A stretch of DNA of 64,000 nucleotides from the human T2T-CHM13v2.0 reference genome, Homo sapiens. How positions within the stretch are numbered: the stretch's first letter is position 1; each line of letters opens with the position of its first letter. The notes below the pieces were generated by a model. It made no database searches and had not been told where the DNA came from. It was given only the letters and a program-made list of their open reading frames with translations. Shown here piece after piece: positions 1-14,900 of this stretch. The stretch lies in the NCBI RefSeq assembly GCF_009914755.1, contig NC_060926.1. One strand, 5' to 3'. Made by a program: the position numbers and the translations under genes.

Positions 1-712
1 CATAAATATGTGAAAACTCAACATCACACTAATAAAAATCCAAAGGGCTACAGAATAAACGATACTTTAAGATTAATGAAAATTTTTAAAATGCCATAAG
101 CTGTAGGATAACTGCACAATCAATTCTTAAAGATAAATTTATAGGTGTATATGCCTAAATTAAAAAAAAAGAGAAAGTTTAAATTACAAAATTTAGAAAT
201 GAATGGATGAATGCCACTAGCCCTATTGTCCCATCCTGTAGAATTTCAGAAATCGGGTAGCCTTCTTTTATTATGTCCTGTGTCTCTATCAACTCTTTAA
301 TGCCAGCAGACAATATTTCTGCTGCTACAATCTGATCTCTATTTCTAGATTCAGCTAAGACAGCTGATTAAATACATGGATAATCACTCTATAGAATGGT
401 ATTTCAGCTACACCCTTGGTGTTCTCTCCAGAACATACTCTCTTATTTTCACACTATAAACAAGTGCATAAAATTCACGTTTGAATTTTGTTTTGCTTAA
501 TATTTCCTTCAATTTATTTTTCTTCTCTTGCATTATACTATAAGCAGTAAGGATAATCTTATCAGAATAAGTCCTGACCCTTATGCCTTCATTTAATTTT
601 AATTAGCCCATTAAAGGCTCTCTATCCAAATAGAGCCACATCAAACCTTGGATCTTTAATATATGAATTTGGGGGAGACAAATTTCAGACCATAATAGAA
701 GGAGATAAAGCC

Positions 713-734
713 ACACACACACACACACACACAC
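713..734. repeat. (CA)n microsatellite
   Basis: Direct CA run. Confidence 0.95.
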
Positions 735-749
735 AAATATTAAAGAAAA

Positions 750-1425
750 GAAGAAAGTAATGGAGGAAATAAGGTGTAAAAAAGTTATAAAATCTACAGG
801 AATCAAATAGCAAAATGCCCAAAATAAATCTTTTCTTATTAATGATTACTTTAAAGGTAATTGGATTAGACTATCCAAAAAAATGGCAGAGATTGCCAGA
901 ATAAAATTTTTTTTAATTTTTTTCTCTGTCTTCTCTGTACAAGAGACTCCCTTTAGACCCAAGGGAAATGAATAAAGCAGATATTTCATGCAAAGAGTAC
1001 AACAAGAAAATGAGACGATGAGTGGATAAACAACTTGTAATATACGCATACGATGAACTGTTATTTTGCAGTAAAATGAACCACTGACACATGCTACACT
1101 ATAGATGAACTTCCAAAACATTGTGCCATGTGAAAGACGCCAGGCACAAAGTATCACAGTTTGTTTGAGTCCACTTATATGAAATAGTCAAAGTAAATAA
1201 ATCTATAGAGACAGAGTGCAGATTGGTTTTGCCAGGGGCTGAAAGGAGTGAGGAAGTGATGAGAAACTGCTCAATGAGTAAGAGTTTTTACTTTGGAGTG
1301 CTTTTGAAGCAGATACAGGTGATGGTTGCACAACACTGTGAATGCATTAAATACCCCTGAATTGTTCACTTTAAAATGTTGAAATTACGTTATGTAAACT
1401 TTACCTCAATAAATTACTTTTAAAA
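750..1425 (+). mobile_element. Old L1M fragments (ORF2 start, then L1MB/MC-type 3' end)
   Basis: Degenerate endonuclease-start text (TCTGTACAAGAGACTCCCTTTAGA) then a typical L1M 3' end (GATGGTTGCACAACACTGTGAATG...ACCTCAATAAA); boundaries approximate. Confidence 0.7.
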
Positions 1426-1766
1426 ATGAGACAAAACCAGTATTTAGATGAAAATAAAATGGTAAATAAAGCAAAAGTGGTGAGAAGAATATGTTGGGAT
1501 CCAAAATTTATGATTCATATTATCCAGGATACGAGCTAAATCACTCTACATGGAAGCAACAGAAAAAATGTGACCAATTCCCATTAGAAAAGATAATAAC
1601 AGGGACAAACCCTAGATGGCACAGATGTTGCCATAAGCAGACAAGGCATTTATTTTAACTATGCTTGACTACATAAGGAAAATATGTCATACTGAAAGAA
1701 GTGATAGGAAATTCAGCACAAATAACAATTCCAAAGGAACAAGTAGAAATTTCAGAACAAAAAATA

Positions 1767-3197
1767 TACCTGACTTCAAACTATACTACAAGGCTACAGT
1801 AACCAAAACAGCATGGTACTGGTACCAACGCAGATATACAGGCCAATGGAACAGAATGGAGGCCTCAGAAATAACACCACTCATCTACCACCATCTGATC
1901 CTTGACAAATCTGACACACACAAGCAATGGGGAAAAGATTCACTATTTAATAAATGATGTTGGGAAAACTGGCTAGCCATATGAATAAAACTGAAACTGG
2001 ACCCCTTCCTTACACCTTATACAAAAATTAGCTCAAGATGGATCAAAGACTTAAACGTAAGACCTAGCACCATAAAAATCCTGGAAAAAAACCTGGGCAA
2101 TACCATTCAGTACATAGGCATGGGCAAAGACTTCATGTCTAAAACATCAAAAGCAATGGCAAAAAAAAGCCAAAATTGACAAATGGGATCTAATTAAACG
2201 AAAGATCTTCTGCACAGCAAAAGAAACTATCATCAGAGTGAACAGGCAACCTACAGAGTGGGAGAAAATTTTTGCAATCTATCCATCTGACAAAGGGCTA
2301 ATATCCAGAATCTACAGTGAACTTAAACAAATTTACAAGAAAAAAACAAACAACCCCATCAAATAATGGGCAAAGGATGTGAACAGACACTTCTCAAAAG
2401 AAGATGTTTATGCAGCCAACAAACATATGAAAAAAACCTCATCATCACTGGTCATTAGAGAAATGCAAATCAAAACCACAATGAGATACCATCTCACACC
2501 AGTTAGAATGGCAATCATTAAAAAGTCAGGAAACAACAGATGCTGGAGAGGTTGTGAAAAAATCAGAATGCTTTTACACTGTTGGTGGGAGTGCAAATTA
2601 GTTCAACCATTGTAGAAGACAGTGTGACGATTCCTTAAGGATCTAGAACTAGAAATACCATTTGGCCCAGCAATCCCATTACTAGGCATATACCCAAAAG
2701 ATTATAAATCATTGAACAATAAGGACACATGCACACGTATGTTTATTGTGACACTAGTCACAATAGCAAAGACTTGGAGCCAACCCAAATGTCCATCAAT
2801 GATAGACTGGATTAAGAAAATGTGGCACATATACACCACGGAATACTATGCAACCATAAAAAAGGATGAGTTCATGTCCTTTGTAGGGACATGAATGAAG
2901 CTGGAAACCATCATTCTCAGCAAACTATCACAAGATCAGAGAACCAAGCGCCGCATATCCTCACTCATAAATGGGAGATGAATGTTGGGAACACATGGAT
3001 GCAGGGAGGGGAACATCACACACCAGGGCCTGTGGTGGCTGGGGGGCTGGGGGAGGGATAGCATTGGGAGAAATACCTAATGTAGGTGACGGGTTGATAG
3101 ATGCAGCAAACCACCATGGCACATATATACATATGTGACAAAACTGCACGTTCTGCACATGTAACCCAGAACTCAAAGTGTAATAATTAAAAAAAAA
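1767..3197 (+). mobile_element. 5'-truncated L1PA (ORF2 C-terminus, 3'UTR, polyA)
   Basis: ORF2 peptides [60 protein letters not shown]; G-rich 3'UTR; A tail; frame is disrupted. Confidence 0.95.
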
Positions 3198-3199
3198 CC

Positions 3200-4445
3200 A
3201 TAAATTTTAAAAAGAATTGGATGAGTTTACAGCATAATGGAGATCACAAAAAAGTGTCAAGGAATTTAAAGATATATCAATAAAAATTATCCAATCAGAA
3301 AAACATTTTTAAAAGATTAAATAAAATAACCTTAAGATTCTGTAGACAAATTCAAAGAGTCTTATATGTATATGCTCAAAGACGTAGAAGAGGAGGAGAA
3401 AGAGAATGAGACAGAAAATATTTGGAAAAAGAATGATGTAACATTTCCTTCTACCATACAAAAATGTTAATTTGAGATCGATCATAGAACAAAATGTTAA
3501 CCCTAAAATTATATGTTTTTTAAAAAAAAAACATTTTTTGACTTGAGATAAGCAAAGGTTTACAGAGAGGACACTGAAACTAAGAAAATAATTAGAATTA
3601 TTCAAAATTGAAAACTTCTGAGTCTCATTAAGAAACTGGACAGGCAAGCCACAGAGTAGGAGAAAATATTCACAAAACATATGTAGGATGCAGATATCCC
3701 TGATGTATAAATGATATTTGCAATTCAGCAATAGAGACAAGCAACTCATCACACATGGGGAAAATTTTTGAATATATTCCTCACAAAAGAAGGCCTAGAA
3801 TTAATCATTAAACACATAAAATGTGCTTAACATTATTAGGCATAAGGAAAATGCAAATTAAGTTCACAATGACATATCTCTACATAACCACCAGAATAAT
3901 GAAAATTAAAAGAAAATACATAAAAATGTTTTCAAACAAGACTGATAACACGAAATGCTGTCAAGGATATGAAGATATAAAAACCTGTGTTCACAGAAAT
4001 ACTTGTTCGGAGCAGCTTTATATATAATCACGAAAAATTGGACACTCCCCAGGTGCCTATCAATTAGAACATAGACAATTAACTGTGGTGTAATCCCACA
4101 ATGGAATATGACAGGAAAAAATAAAGAAATAATTTTCCACTCGACACTATAAATGAGTCTCAAAAATATGTGAAGTACAAATATGCATTGTATGCTTCAC
4201 TTTATATAAAGTTCTAAAATAGACAAAATTAATCTATAGTGGAAGAAAAATCACAACATTCTTTGTCTCTTAGGTGCAATGGCAGAAAATATATAAAAGA
4301 ATTTCTGGGGCAAAAATAATGCTTTATATCTTGATCAGGATTTGATTTAAAATGACACTTGCATTTATCAAAACTTATTTAATATATCAAAACTCATTTC
4401 ATACTCTCAAGAGTCCTGTACTTCATTCTATATAAATTTCACCTC

Positions 4446-4450
<5 letters not shown>
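3200..4450 (+). mobile_element. Degenerate L1M/L1ME fragments
   Basis: A-rich sequence with L1 ORF1-like and 3'-end remnants (GAAAATGCAAATTAAGTTCACAATGACATATC; TATAAATTTCACCTCAAC). Confidence 0.6.

Positions 4451-4454
<4 letters not shown>

Positions 4455-4492
<38 letters not shown>
4455..4492. repeat. (TA)n microsatellite
   Basis: Perfect TA run. Confidence 0.97.
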
Positions 4493-4499
<7 letters not shown>

Positions 4500-6306
4500 T
4501 AATGTCTAGTTAATAATACACTTGCTGAAGTATTTAGGGGAATTGTACTTGTGCCATTTACTTTGAATGCATCAAATAAATGAGATGAATTGATGAATAG
4601 TTAAAAAGATAGACAGACTGGTAAAGAAATGTTAATGGTAGAATTTAGGTGGTGAATATATGGATGTTAACTTTGATATATGTTTTAACCTTGATATTTG
4701 TTTGAATATTTTCATAATAAAATACTGGAATAATAACCAGAAGGAAAAATATGTTATCCTGATATGAAGAACTATAGAAGTGTTGCACAGAATGACTCTA
4801 ATACTACCAATGGAGAGAGATCATTGACTCTGAGATACACTTTATCACTGTCATACATTTTTATAACGATGAAGGTATACAACTGTATAATTCCTATATA
4901 ACTGCTTGTTTTAGAAGTATGAGGCTTTAGTCACCATATGTCATTTATCATAAGGACACAAGAAAATAACTTGGCATTTGTTGGGCAATTGCATTTCAAT
5001 TAAATTGATGTGTACTCAAGTGATTAATTCTAGTGTTATTGTTGTAGCGATGACATAGAGGTCTGTTCTAACATGCTCAGATTGGTGTAACAGAATTTTT
5101 ACCAAAAATGTCAGTCTTCCCCCTACCAGCTCTAATCCCTATGCTATTTTTTTCTCCATCATTCTTATGACTGCATTTTTAAATTATAGTAATTGCAAAA
5201 ATAAATATAAATGTAAATTTTTAAATAAAGACTATGTACAATTTTGGGATAGTGTAATATCAAATTGAGTGTAAAAGCACTGTTTACCCAAAGTTAAAAA
5301 TCATTCATTTGGAAGGCATGAGAACTCCGTCTTATATCTGCCACTAACTGGTTGTGTGACCGTATACAAATCAATGCAATTTAAACCCATGATGACATAC
5401 ATGTATTTAATAACTAGAATGGTCATGTTGCCTTTTCCAAATCTCAGTTTTCTACTTTAGATTTCGAGTAAATGATTTCTCAGATATTTACTCATTTTGA
5501 GTCTCTTATTTTCCTTCTGTAAACAAATACAGTATAACTAAGTTTTTGTCTAGTAGTATTCCAGGCACAGTGCTAAGTGCTCTGTAGGTAAAGGTAAATG
5601 GAATGGGGTAGTCCCCTTTACAGAGTTCACAGATTAATCGAGAAACAGGCACGTGATCTGTAGACCATTGTTATATACAAGTAGGTACCATGGGCGAACA
5701 GCCTAGAAAAGGAACACATGACCCAGTCTGGTTATAGACAGAAATCAGGGAAGTTTCTCTTTGCTCCATATCTGAGTTGAGTCTAAAAGAATGAGAAAGG
5801 GTTAGCTTCATACTAGTTGGGGAAAAAAAAGTGCATTTAAAAAGAAAGCTGGGAACCGTTGCTAAGGACTGAGTGTGAAGCTGAGGGAGAAAAGACTGAG
5901 AAAGAAGCAGTGAGAGGACTCTTCTACATGTATCTCTCTGAAAGTGGATGACTGACACTACTCCTGGCCTGATCTACAAAGGCATAAATTGGATTATGTT
6001 AAAATTTGGTTAAGAAATAGAATCTAGACTTTAGTCTACGGTGTGGTTTGCCAAATATATGAACCTCTGATGCACCCCTGAGGTTATTAGCAAAATATTT
6101 CTTTACCATTAGGTAAAGAAAGGTCAGATGCATTTATCCACAGCACCAGCAATGTATTAATAACTGACTGCCACCAGAGGCCAGAACATCAGCAGGCTTC
6201 GATAATGAATCAAAGCAACAGTAACAGAAACTGCAGCAGCAGCAATTGCTTACCATATATTGAGTACCAAAGGGAAAATATGCATTGCACTCAATGTTTC
6301 AAAACA

Positions 6307-6624
6307 CAGTCATTCCTCCATACCTAGGATCACCCTCCAATTCCAAAGTCTGCAGATGGTCATTTTCTGTTACAAAATGGCATAGTATTTGCATATAACC
6401 TATGTACATCCTTACGTATACTTTAAATCACCTCTAGAATACTTATAATTCTTAATACAATGTAAATGCTATATAAATAGTTCTTACACTATATTGTTTG
6501 GAAACTGATGAGGAAAAAAAAGTCTGTATGAGTTTAGTACACACATGTTTTTGTTCCAAATATTTTCAATCCCCAATTGGTTGAATCCATGGATGCAGAA
6601 CCCATGGGTGCAAAGGGCTCACTG
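6307..6624 (+). mobile_element. MER2 (TcMar-Tigger MITE)
   Basis: CAGT...ACTG ends; core ATGGCATAGTATTTGCATATAACCTATGTACATCC and GGTTGAATCCATGGATGCAGAACCC. Confidence 0.85.
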
Positions 6625-7233
6625 TATGCCATTTCAATGAATCCTCACACTCCTAAGAGATTGAAATGACCTTTTTTTTATTTCCACTTTAAAACACAGT
6701 GAAGATAACTTAATTTGACAAAGATCCCATAATTAGTAAACCTGAGCTAAAGTTGTCTGTTTTGACTTTCAAAGTTATTTCCACTCTGAAACTCAACATA
6801 GTCTTCCAATCCCAGCTTGTCATCAAGATCACTGGGGAGGGATTGAAAGAAAACTAGGTTCTCAAACCCTTGCCCAAGATATACAAAGTCAGAATTCATG
6901 CTGTGGGGCCTTAGTATCTGCAATTTTTCAAGAACTCTACAATTCCGATAGTCACCCTGGTTTGGAAATGACTGGCCAATTTTAATTTAAGCTAAATGTA
7001 ATCCATTAAAAAGTATGAAAGATTTGAGTTGACATTGTATGGGGAAACTGGAGCATTAGGAAGGATAATAACTTCAGCAAAATGGGCCCCCACAGTCTCA
7101 ATATGCATTTGGATCATATTTGAAGCATGTTCAAAATGTATAGACCAAGTGATGACATTCTCAAATTACCAAAGCTGTTATTAAAAAAGAAAAATGTAAT
7201 GCTGACGCTGCTGTTCCATGAAGTGTACTTTGA

Positions 7234-7659
<426 letters not shown>

Positions 7660-10023
7660 TGACTCTCCCCGCTCCTCCGAGAAGAATTCCTCCATCTGAT
7701 TAAGACCTTTTGTTTGAACTTTCCCTAGAATCTGTGTGTACAGATATGCTACATCCTTCTCAGCACTTACAATAGTATATAGAAGTGCAGCTTTTGCTTG
7801 TTTGTTCCTTCTTTCTTTTCATGGATAAGTTACTTGAGGGCAAGGTTTGTATAATTTTCTACATGTATTCTCAGTACTGAGGACAGTGTTCAGAATGTAA
7901 AAGGCACTTAGAAAATGTGTTTTTAAAAAATAAATGATTTATAAATGCAAAACCTGCTTTTTCTCCCCAAAAGCGGGAATTGATCTCCCACTGACATGTA
8001 GTTCCCTAAGTCCGTGCATGATAACATATTCTCAGGAGAGTGGAGGAAGAGGTACACATTAAAGTACCAATATTAAAGACAAAAGAGAAATGGGTGTCTG
8101 GGAAATTACACCTTGGCACAGAAATTCACATGCAGCTTCATCCTTAGATCAGACACGGAGCGCAAAGGACTCAGCAAATGAGGAAATGTCTCCCCAGAAC
8201 TAGACTCAATTCATCAGCAGTTGTCATTTTCAACTGGTGTTTCTTGTCATGGAGGACAGCCGCTCTGCCAGGCAAGAATTTGGCCACTGTCAAGGTCATT
8301 GTCCATTCTCAGATCTGGCACTGAGTCCATAGTCTGGCAAGCCTGGCTTGTCAAAGTGGATTAGGTGGGCTCTGGGAGGTGTGCTTTGGCTGCACTCCCA
8401 ATTCTCATACCGAAAGGCTGGTGATGTTCTCTGAGGACGGCTGCCTCTTCAGTCTCTCTTTGGATCTGAGTCAAGCTCCCTGACCTTAGGCCTGTGCACT
8501 ATTTCAGACACTGCAATTGCCCATGCCTGCCTTGCTACAGCAATAAGCTGTGTGTCATCATCATCATTAGTATATTCTGGCAGGAAATACATCAGTTAAC
8601 CTGAGGCTAAGGCCCAGAATCAGAAAATGAGTTATAGAAGACAAAAACAATGAATGAATGGATGGATGAATGAATGAATGAACCTCTTTTAAAACACATG
8701 GGTAATTATATGAAATCCCATCTCTGTTTCGCTCTGTCAGTTCCTTAAAATTGCTTAAATTAATAAAATGTGTATGTAAAAATGGGGTATATTAAAAGGC
8801 AACCTAAGTCTTTTCCAGAAAATCAATGAACTAGTCATATTACCCAGGGGAAATAACTATCTTTGCAGGCCTTTTGGCCCGTCTTAATTTCTGTTTGAAC
8901 TCCCTAGGCTTTCTCATCTCAAAAGAGGTAGTTGGATGCAGTTATTGTTTATACAGAGAAGAAAGAAAAGGGGTAGTAACATAAATTTGGAAGTTAATTT
9001 CAAAATCCAGTGTAAGAAAAGGGGAGATGGTCTGATTGGCCTAGAGAGGTGAACAGTAGTTCAGAGGCACTCTTATTTATTCTATCCCTTATTAGACTTG
9101 TGTATTTCACTGTTAAATACACTCTTATGGTGGAATGCAGAAAGAAGTGAGAAAGTGGCCAGAGTGCTTGTAGCTTTGTGGCTTGTGACTCTTCTATCTT
9201 ATTCTCTCCCACCCTTCTCTCTTCCTCCATTCACATTCACACAGGTATCTGCATCTATCCATGTATACCTAGATGTAGAAATACATCTATAGATACATAT
9301 TTATATGTGTAATATATAAATAATCTATAAAAATAGGTAGGTATATGGATATATTGTAAACTAACACAGCAAATTTTTGTAAGCTGGAATAGGATATTCA
9401 GCAGGCCAGCTGCCCAAAGGGCTCTACCAGGAAAGCCATCTTGTCTGACTTCTGTGATAACCTCATTGTTAATCTGGACCACGCCTAGTGTCCTTCATGG
9501 TAGCCCTACTTTTAAGTGGCAGGGGTATGAATGTAAAAAGGACTTTCTAAACCTTCCTGAAATGTCTCCTTCAGGGAGCCCATCACCAGGGACGCCAGGA
9601 ACAGCTTCCAACAGGGCCCAGGGGAGGCCGCGGGAGAGGACCCCTTCCCTCTCAGAGAGACTCGTCAGGAAACAATTCCAGACTCTGACCTGGGAAGAAA
9701 AGAACAGGACACTTCTCTCCTCTAGGCTTCCAGCTGCTGCTTCTGAAAATATAATCCTCTGAGACCCTCCCCATTCCCAGCTTCCAACCAGAGGGATGAG
9801 AAGTTCGACTGGGAATCACCCTAAGGAATCTCCGCCCAGTTTTCTGGAGGAGGAGATGGGAGTAGCAGGTACTTGTCTCAGGATGGGGATACCATGGCTG
9901 GCAGCGCGGACCAGAGCCCAGCCTGCCCCCCAGCTCCTTGGGCCCCGTTTCCTTCGCATCCCGCACACCCACCCTCCTCGCGAGGGCAGCGTCCCTAGCA
10001 CACGCCCTAGCACCACTCTCCTC

Positions 10024-10076
10024 TGACGTCCGCCTCCGGATGTCTGACGATCGCCCCCGCCTGCCGCCCTTATAAA
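10024..10076 (+). promoter_or_regulatory. SLC5A7: Core promoter: CRE-like TGACGTCC (10024), half-CRE TGACG (10045), GC box, TATA box TATAAA (10071-10076)
   Basis: Motifs read directly; TATA position predicts a TSS near 10100. Confidence 0.75.
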
Positions 10077-10099
10077 GGGGACTTTTCCCAATACTCGAT

Positions 10100-10340
10100 C
10101 GATTCCCACCTCGCCCTGCGCCGCGCGCCCTCCGCCGGCGCCAACACCTGTCAACTCTGCGCGCTCCCAGGTTCTTGGAGACGCCGAGTGAGGAGCCGCC
10201 CTGACCGCCCGGCCCCGCTCCGCACTGCACCCCGACCCACCCCGCACCCTCCCTTTCTGCACCCTCGCACCCACACCCCTCGCGGTTCCAGGGGGCGGCG
10301 GCCCCGGGCGGAGCGCTTTCGCGTGCAGCCACCACTCCAG
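10100..10340 (+). other. SLC5A7: SLC5A7 non-coding exon 1 (start approximate)
   Basis: Begins ~28 nt after TATA, has no ATG, ends at donor CAG|GTAGGA (10340/10341); alternative donor CGA|GTGAGG at 10187/10188. Confidence 0.65.
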
Positions 10341-11726
10341 GTAGGAGCGGAGCGGGCATTCCTGCGCCTACGGGCCCGCACCCTCGGAAACGCCTTGGGC
10401 ACCGAGCCCGGGCGGTTTTAGAGGGGAGGGACGCGGCGTTTTTCCCTCTCGGTGGGATGCGAGGGCGGGTTTGCTGTCTGGCACCGTTGCTGTCAGGGTG
10501 CAAGAGGCTACAAAGTCTGGGCGCAGGAAATGGGTAGAGGGGGCCGAGGAAGGGCCGCAGGGGGCCGGGAGAGCATCGGGCTGCTGCGGAGAGGAACTTG
10601 CCTGCTTGGTTGCTCACAAAGGTAGAGAAGACACAGCCCGCGGGCGCTTCTTTTGCCTCCTTTAAATTCCAGAGAGGCTGATTCTTTCCCCCAACGTCTC
10701 TTCACCCACCTGCACGCACAAATGTCAGAGTTTCCCCCAGAAACTTGTGTGTGAGAGTTTGGGTTCATGGAACAGCTGTGGTCACAAAGGTAAAAAATAA
10801 ATAAAAATAAAAATAAAAGGGGACAAGAATTTCAGAAGGTGAATGCTTTCGAACTTGACATCTGTCTTCTAAGAGTCTTGATTTTAATATCTTTGAGGCT
10901 TCTGATGTGCTTTTAGGCAATTGTGTTTAAAACAACAGCAACAACAACAACAAAACCTTTTCCTGTATGTACCATTAATGGGGGGTGATGAATTGAATGA
11001 AGGATATTGGGCGAAGAAGATCAAGAGAATGGATCCTTTCAACAACAAAAAACATACTTAGTTGCTATAGTAACTTGAACTACAGAAACTTGTTGAAAAT
11101 GTGGAGTTTGATGTGTTTTTGAAATGGATTTTTCTAAAGATTTTTTTCAGATATTTTTATATCAGATTACTACTGAAGCCATTCTCTGAAGTTGTTTGAA
11201 AGGACAGATAAAAGAATGAATAAATTAATGAATATTTTAAAATTTTCAGAATGGTCATTTATGAAACACTTAACACTTCTAGAATAAATAATTCTAGAAG
11301 AGTAACTTAGTTCCAAAACGCAGATACAGCGCTACTCTTTGTAAATGATTTGACAGTTACTGAGTTAAGATATACACGACAAGGTTAATTTTAAATTTAA
11401 AGCATGTATGAAACACACAAGGATTATGATTCCATTTGTTAAACTACATTTCCGTTTTTTTTTCTGTTTCTTGCAAACTCAAAATAATGTTAAATTGTTA
11501 AATAGAAGTAGGATAATGTAGTGGACACTTATTGTTAACTGCCCGTTTCACGTGTGGTTTCAGGGTTGTACTCTTTCTGTGAGTGGCACAGGATCTCGCA
11601 TGAGCCAGCTGGTTTATTCCTGGCTGCCTACATGTGCATAGTGCTTGACTGGTTTATAATGCATCCCTGTATTTTCTTCAGAAGACTTAATGAAGTAGCC
11701 AGCTGCAGAAGAATCTGGATCATTAG

Positions 11727-11987
<261 letters not shown>

Positions 11988-14900
11988 TGACAAAGCAAAT
12001 GTTGGTCTTTGTCCTTTGGGGATTCTTTATGTTCACTAGTTATATATATTTTAAAATAATTTTCTATTGATTTAAAACCTAAAAATAAATTGGTTTCAAC
12101 TCAGTAGTACTTGAACAAAAATGATTTTATAATAAATCACTGGACTGAACAGTCATGAAACAAATCTTGGCTCCCTGGGCTATTGAGTGGGTGGAAACAG
12201 AGTAAAAACAAAGAGGTGGGGGAATGGGAAGCTGTCCTAGTATTACAAGCTATGTATCTGCTAATTAATGTGATAGGCAGCATCTCAACGTGTCCGGTAA
12301 ATACATGCATAAAGTTGTGACTTTGAGATTTAAATAAGTGCCAATGAATACCATCTAGTGATGGTTTTTAATCTGCATAAATAAATTTGGGGGTGATGAT
12401 ATTCCCAATTGAGTGATTCCCTGTTTTGAAACCTAATTCTTTCATTTAATAACTAATTCCTCACAGGAAGACAATCACATGTTATGAGTCCACAGCACTA
12501 ATAAAGAGATTTCATGAACCTTGTTATAAAAGGGAAAAGCTAGGGTGTGTCCTCATAGGAATCCCCAGGCCACCATCTGCAGTCATCTCTCATTCAAACC
12601 TTCTTTGTGTTAGCAGGAGCTGATATTCTTTCTTACTTTGCACTAAAGTGGTTCTGTTTAAAGGGTGATTTGTTTCTTTTTTATATTCTTCTTGGTCGTT
12701 GAAAATAATTCTGAAAAACATCAACTTAGAATTATATGTTTAATATTTAATACAGTTGCACTAACAACACATATTTCATTATACAGTCTTAGTAGAGTTT
12801 TTAAACATTTGCAACATAGCAAGAACTGTGAGCGTTCATTGGAAAAATATCCCATGGGAAATGATATCAAGTGATGCCCAATTTCAGTCCCGAAGGGCAA
12901 TTTTAAAATGATTCACCGTGTATATCAGATAGTTTACCAAACCAGTCTGGGGAGAGGTCATTCATGTTCTGAACCCCTTGACTTTGGCAATCTGAAACTT
13001 ACAGTGTTCTATGTGAGCCATCAGTTTTATCTTTCAGACATTGACATTTTATCTTTGTTTAACTCTTCATCTACTGTACGTGGACTCATTTGGTCTTTAT
13101 AACGGCATTATGATGAGCATCTGGGGTTAAGTGGAGATCCCGGGTTACAAGGTTAACAAGGACCAGGGCTGGAGCCAGAACCAAACACAGGTCTCCGGTA
13201 ACTTAGTTCCAAAATGCAAGTACTGCGTCATGCTGGTGACCGCCCCATGCTGTGCCACATGCAGCCCTGTAACTAGTTTCACTTTATTTCTTTCAAAAGG
13301 TGCACAGTTTGTAAACACTGCAGAAAGAATAAGAAAGCTGCTGCATATCAAAATATGTTGTTTATTGAAAATAATTATAGCCCTCTACTATTCTCATTTA
13401 ATATTCTGTTTAATATGGTCATAAAAATAATATTTTATATTTTGTTTTTACCATTTAGAATGGTTTTTTTCAACCTAACAAGCTATTAAAAGGTACGGAA
13501 AATATTTGAATCATGCTATTTTTTATAAAGGGCCATGATCTTCCTCAGTTCGTAAAACTTTTTTTTCTTTCTCAGAACTCAAAATAACCTTGGTCAATAT
13601 CATAATTCATTTAAAATCTGAACCATACTACCTAACCTTGTCAGATTGATTGACTTGGATATATTTTATAAAGAATAGAGATAAAAAATGTTGATTCTTT
13701 TAAAAATGAATATATTTTAAGAGGTTGTGTTCTCACTCATGGATCTGACACAAAATATACAAACAAGGAGAGCAAATACTGTTATAGAAGAGACTAAATT
13801 CAATTATAAAGGGGACTTTTAAATCTTAGTAAGTAGCCAAGCCCTCACTTCTATATCACAATAGTTGCAATGATTCAGTCACCAATTTTCTTTTTGGACA
13901 AGGGACAGTAGACTTACACAATGACGAATGATCACTAATGAGCTTTGTGCTTGTAAGACCATCAGACCATTTACTTTATGCAGTAAAACATTGACGTGTT
14001 AGCAATTCCAGTTGCCTGGTAGAAAGATAAAGTCTCAAGTTTTCTGCCTGTAAGAATTCATTTCTTCAGCTCATGGTTACACACACAGTGAAAAAAAAAA
14101 GCCATTTTAAAAATTTCAGCAGGGCTTAGAATAAGAAAACAAATAATGCCATTTGTTATTTTTGTTATTTGTTAACACTGAGGGTAAAAGCTACAGCAAA
14201 GGTGGGAGTGATTGCTAAATATGTATTTGTCTCCAGGATTTTGTATATAAACTTTTCATTTAAATGTACTCAAAATTCCTATGTAGGAAAATCTTTTTAT
14301 GTCAACCCTAAGACTCCCTCTTCTTTGCTTTGTATTAGATTAAAAGCCAGATAAATTTTGCCATAAACACAATAGAAACACATCCTAGGTAGTTTTGTAT
14401 AGATATTATTTCATTTACTTACATTCTAACTGTGAGATTTTGGAAAATTCATCAGAGTTAAATTTTATTCCTAATGGGATGATGCAATCCAGAATTCAGC
14501 CTCATATCTGATAAATTTTTATTACCAACCTGTGACCATCATAACTTTACACAAATTCTGTATAAGGATTGCTTAGAATATTTTGACTGTACTGTAACCT
14601 CAACAAGGTGTAAACTGCAAAGATTTAGTGTCCTCTTCAACATTAGTTTTTCAGCAAGGATTCAATATTATACTGTTTCCTCAGAGAAAATGGTGCTAGC
14701 ATTACATTGTCTATTCAGAGAAAAATATTAATCTGTAGATCATTCTTGGCTCAAACCTGTTAAGTCAAAACTCATTTTCTTTGGTTCTTTGACCTCCTTG
14801 CCTCAGCTATTGTGCTACATAAATTTTATTTATCTGAATAAGACATTTTTCATTACTTCTTGTCAAATAGTAAATATCTTACTAAAAGATCCATATTAAA

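Larger units (their letters stand above)
9900..10650. promoter_or_regulatory. SLC5A7: CpG island over SLC5A7 promoter, exon 1 and start of intron 1
   Basis: Abrupt GC- and CpG-rich segment in AT-rich surroundings, 1.1-1.8 kb upstream of the ATG exon. Confidence 0.9.

Noticed and set aside
8246-8643. Possible ancient LTR (TGTC...GACA)
   Set aside because: No matching TSD and no family I can recognise with confidence
9652-10617. 321-aa antisense ORF and other ORFs over the promoter
   Set aside because: Arg/Gly/Ala/Pro-rich, no recognisable domain; expected from stop-codon scarcity in a CpG island
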